From positions 1-19,362 of the forward strand of contig JBNJFB010000046.1 in NCBI GenBank assembly GCA_051746405.1: DNA of 19,362 nucleotides. The letters run 5' to 3'. Positions 16,962 through 19,362 of the stretch are shown piece after piece. The position numbers and the translations under genes were made by a program. The notes below the pieces were generated by a model. The model worked only from the letters and a program-made list of their open reading frames with translations. It was not told where the DNA came from and did no database searches. The stretch comes from Campylobacterota bacterium (GTDB lineage: Bacteria; Campylobacterota; Campylobacteria; Campylobacterales; Arcobacteraceae). How positions within the stretch are numbered: the first letter of the stretch is position 1; each line of letters opens with the position of its first letter.

Positions 16962-18260
16962 TTATTTTATTTTCCAACAAGTTAGAAGTAATTTTATATT
17001 TTTTCTAGGGGCTTTCCAAATAATAGGAAAAAGAATTACTGAACATCCATATGATACAATTGTAGCTATTGCAGCCCCTTCTAATCCAATATTCTGAAGT
17101 AATATATAATTAAGAACGATATTTACTATTACGGCTAAAGTCTTACTATATAATGATATTTTTTGTAAATTATTGGCGAACATCCACTTTTCTGTAGCTA
17201 GACCTAAGAAAATAAATAACATAGCCCAAGCATAAAGTGATAAGACATTAGAGGATTGAAGAAATTCATTTCCAAATAAAAATAAAACTAACTGGTCAGA
17301 AAAAATAACTAAAAGTGTAATTAAAAGAATAGAAGTGGCAAAATTAAATAAATAAAGTCTTCTCATTCTTAATTCAAATAAGACTTTATTTCTATTGTAT
17401 GCATTTATTATTGCTGGGAAAAGAGACTGAACTATAATAATAGGAATTATAGACCATAATTCAGATAACTTTACAGCAACAGAATAATATCCTACAGCTT
17501 CATTGTCTATCATGTGTTTGATCATAACTTGGTCTATTTTCATATACAACCCTGTCATCGTACCTGTGAGGATAAAAGGCCAAGACTCATGTAGCAGTTT
17601 TTTTAAAAGAGTTTTATCAAATTTCCATTTTTGTATATTTATCTCTTGATTTTTAAAAATATAGTATTGTAACAATATAGCTTTTATAAAAAGTTCTATC
17701 AGTATAACGATAGCAAAGTAGAGCAGATCAGCACTATAAAGTACTAAGCCTACTTTTAGAATTGCTGAAACTATAGTAGAAGCTATACTTGCATAGCTAA
17801 TGTATTTTGATTGCACCTTTGCATTAAAGTATTGATCATATATCTCAAATATAAGGAAAAACTTCCCTATTAAGATAATTCCGATAATAATTTTTTCTTC
17901 ATTTGATATACTACTTGTCCAAAGAAAATAGATAAATAGCAAAGAGATAACCAAAAACATAACCATCTGAGCTACTAAGGAAGTCCCAAATAGCTTATCA
18001 TCACTTTCATCTTTTTCTATAAACTTTTTATTTAAAACAGGATGAAGTCCAAGCCTAAAAAAAGGTACTGCGAAACCTGTAAGAACAATAGCATAGTTTA
18101 AAAGCCCAAAGTTTTCAGGACCTAAATACCTTGCAACATAAATACCCACTAAAAATGAAACAAATAGCTTAAAAAAACGCTCTAAAAACAGCCAATTGCT
18201 ATTTTTAAAGTATTTCATAAAACCTTGATGATTTTTGAGTGATTTTAGTTTTGCTATCAC
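16962..18260 (-). CDS. wzx: Wzx-type O-unit/polysaccharide flippase (PST/MATE-like)
   Basis: About 12 TM segments; KNSNWLFLER, ARYLGPENFGLLNYA, ESWP, LYMKIDQVMI, AVGYYSVAVKLSE, SLFPAI, NIVLNYIL...GLEGAAIAT. GTG start at 18260. Confidence 0.92.
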   Translation of the reverse strand: MIAKLKSLKNHQGFMKYFKNSNWLFLERFFKLFVSFLVGIYVARYLGPENFGLLNYAIVLTGFAVPFFRLGLHPVLNKKFIEKDESDDKLFGTSLVAQMVMFLVISLLFIYFLWTSSISNEEKIIIGIILIGKFFLIFEIYDQYFNAKVQSKYISYASIASTIVSAILKVGLVLYSADLLYFAIVILIELFIKAILLQYYIFKNQEINIQKWKFDKTLLKKLLHESWPFILTGTMTGLYMKIDQVMIKHMIDNEAVGYYSVAVKLSELWSIIPIIIVQSLFPAIINAYNRNKVLFELRMRRLYLFNFATSILLITLLVIFSDQLVLFLFGNEFLQSSNVLSLYAWAMLFIFLGLATEKWMFANNLQKISLYSKTLAVIVNIVLNYILLQNIGLEGAAIATIVSYGCSVILFPIIWKAPRKNIKLLLTCWKIK

Positions 18261-19362
18261 TTCAACTCTTCTTTTATCCCAACGATTGGTCTAAATAGTT
18301 TAAAGTAAGCACTTCCACTTACACCTTCAAACATCTTAAACTCTGGGTATGCATCTTTTTTGCCCGATTTTAGAGTATGGGTAGTAGATATATCTGGGTA
18401 TGCATCTATATAGACTATCCGTTTTATCTTTAGTTGCATCGCTTTTTTAGCACATAGTTGACATGGTGAGTCTGTAGTATAGAGCGTACCACCCACTACA
18501 GACTGTCCGCCCGTCTTTGCTAGTTGCAAAAAAGCATTTTCTTCAGCGTGAAGTGCTCTTTCTCTTGTAGGATTTTTAAAAAGCTTTGATATATCCTTAT
18601 GAACTTCACTATCAAACTTAAATTTTTGAAGTTTTGCATCGATATATTTTTTGTTTTCTATATCTTTAAAACAAAATGGTACTGATTTATTGTAACTTTG
18701 TTGTTTTATATAGTCTTGGAACTCTTTACTTTTTTCATACTCACTGTAAGCCTGATTCTCTTTTGGATGAAGTAGTTCGCTTAGTGTTCTATAGAGGCAT
18801 GGTGTATTGCCTTCTTGTACATCATTCCATCCTATGCCTCGTACATATCCGTCTGATCCTGTGACACAAGCCCCTACTTGTCTTGATATACACCCTGGGT
18901 TGTATCTTGCAGTAAGAGCCACTTGCATATTTCGTTCATCATCATTTGGAGTAAAAAGTCCTGGCTTTCTTATAAGAGCTATATACTTAAATAACTGGTA
19001 ACTTAAATACTTATCACTACAATTTTCATCATTATTTATAAAAATATCTCCTAAGCCTATACAGCTATTGATATTTTGTGAGCTTGTTTCTTTATCTTGA
19101 TACTCAAAATCTTTTATTTTTTTGTAGTCGTCTTTTTCTAGTCCAAATTGCGTGTGAGTTCTTATCTCTCTTGTGTTTTGGCTTGCTACTACAGAAAGTA
19201 GATAAAAATTTGCATACCTATTTTTAAAATACTGTATTTCATATGTATTTCTAAGTGCATCGATTGCTATAAATTTTTTACCTTGAGCATAAAGTAGCTT
19301 ACCTACTCTTCTAAGTGATTCTGCTATATAAAATATATCAGGAATATTTTTGTACTGAATAG
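18257..19362 (-). CDS. AvcD/DcdV-like anti-phage deoxycytidylate (dCTP/dCMP) deaminase with an N-terminal P-loop-kinase-like domain; 5'-truncated by window edge
   Basis: Deaminase Zn motifs RALHAEENA and TTDSPCQLCAKK, plus GCISRQVGA and GWNDV. The frame stays open for 144 further codons upstream of the ORF track's Met (18928) to the window end: ...FIAIDALRNTYEIQYFKNRYANFYLLSV...SQNINSCIGLGDIFINN...KYIALIRKPGLFTPNDDERNMQVA, which matches my recollection of the kinase-like domain and linker of DcdV-type proteins. Confidence 0.85.
   Translation of the reverse strand, partial: IQYKNIPDIFYIAESLRRVGKLLYAQGKKFIAIDALRNTYEIQYFKNRYANFYLLSVVASQNTREIRTHTQFGLEKDDYKKIKDFEYQDKETSSQNINSCIGLGDIFINNDENCSDKYLSYQLFKYIALIRKPGLFTPNDDERNMQVALTARYNPGCISRQVGACVTGSDGYVRGIGWNDVQEGNTPCLYRTLSELLHPKENQAYSEYEKSKEFQDYIKQQSYNKSVPFCFKDIENKKYIDAKLQKFKFDSEVHKDISKLFKNPTRERALHAEENAFLQLAKTGGQSVVGGTLYTTDSPCQLCAKKAMQLKIKRIVYIDAYPDISTTHTLKSGKKDAYPEFKMFEGVSGSAYFKLFRPIVGIKEELK

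Noticed and set aside
18926..18928. ATG 18928 as the start of a short ComEB-like dCMP deaminase
   Set aside because: The frame is open to the window edge and encodes conserved kinase-domain-like motifs; this Met is internal.
1..19362. CRISPR arrays, tRNA/rRNA, IS elements, Rho-independent terminators
   Set aside because: None seen; intergenic gaps are at most 71 bp and contain no GC-rich hairpins, transposase fragments or spaced repeats.

Overview
The window is a dense, single-direction (minus-strand) surface-polysaccharide biosynthesis locus of 20 genes (18 complete, 2 truncated by the window edges), most with overlapping or abutting start/stop codons. The host is probably Gram-negative and possibly Campylobacterota (inference only). 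In transcription order (right to left): a 5'-truncated P-loop/deoxycytidylate-deaminase protein resembling the anti-phage AvcD/DcdV dCTP deaminase, whose stop overlaps the start of a Wzx flippase; an FkbM methyltransferase; an HlpA-like GT-A protein; two sulfotransferases; a CE4 deacetylase; GT2 / methyltransferase-like / GT2; a putative lipid-carrier glycan-modification cassette (DPM-synthase-like GT2, 543-aa unknown enzyme, FrhB-like Fe-S flavoprotein, LPG-synthase-TM/UPF0104 flippase-like protein, small membrane-anchored protein, GT-C-like polytopic protein); three more GT2s; a third sulfotransferase; and a 3'-truncated PglC/WbaP-type initiating phosphoglycosyl transferase. GC falls from about 50% at the left end to below about 30% over most of the right two thirds (estimated by eye), indicating a mosaic locus. 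The most notable points are a nucleotide-depletion phage-defence gene translationally coupled to a glycan operon, an expanded Gtr-like cassette with unexplained redox/epimerase-like enzymes, and a deacetylase + sulfotransferase set suggesting a sulfated, glycosaminoglycan-like polymer. All functional calls come from motif recognition; no database searches were run.
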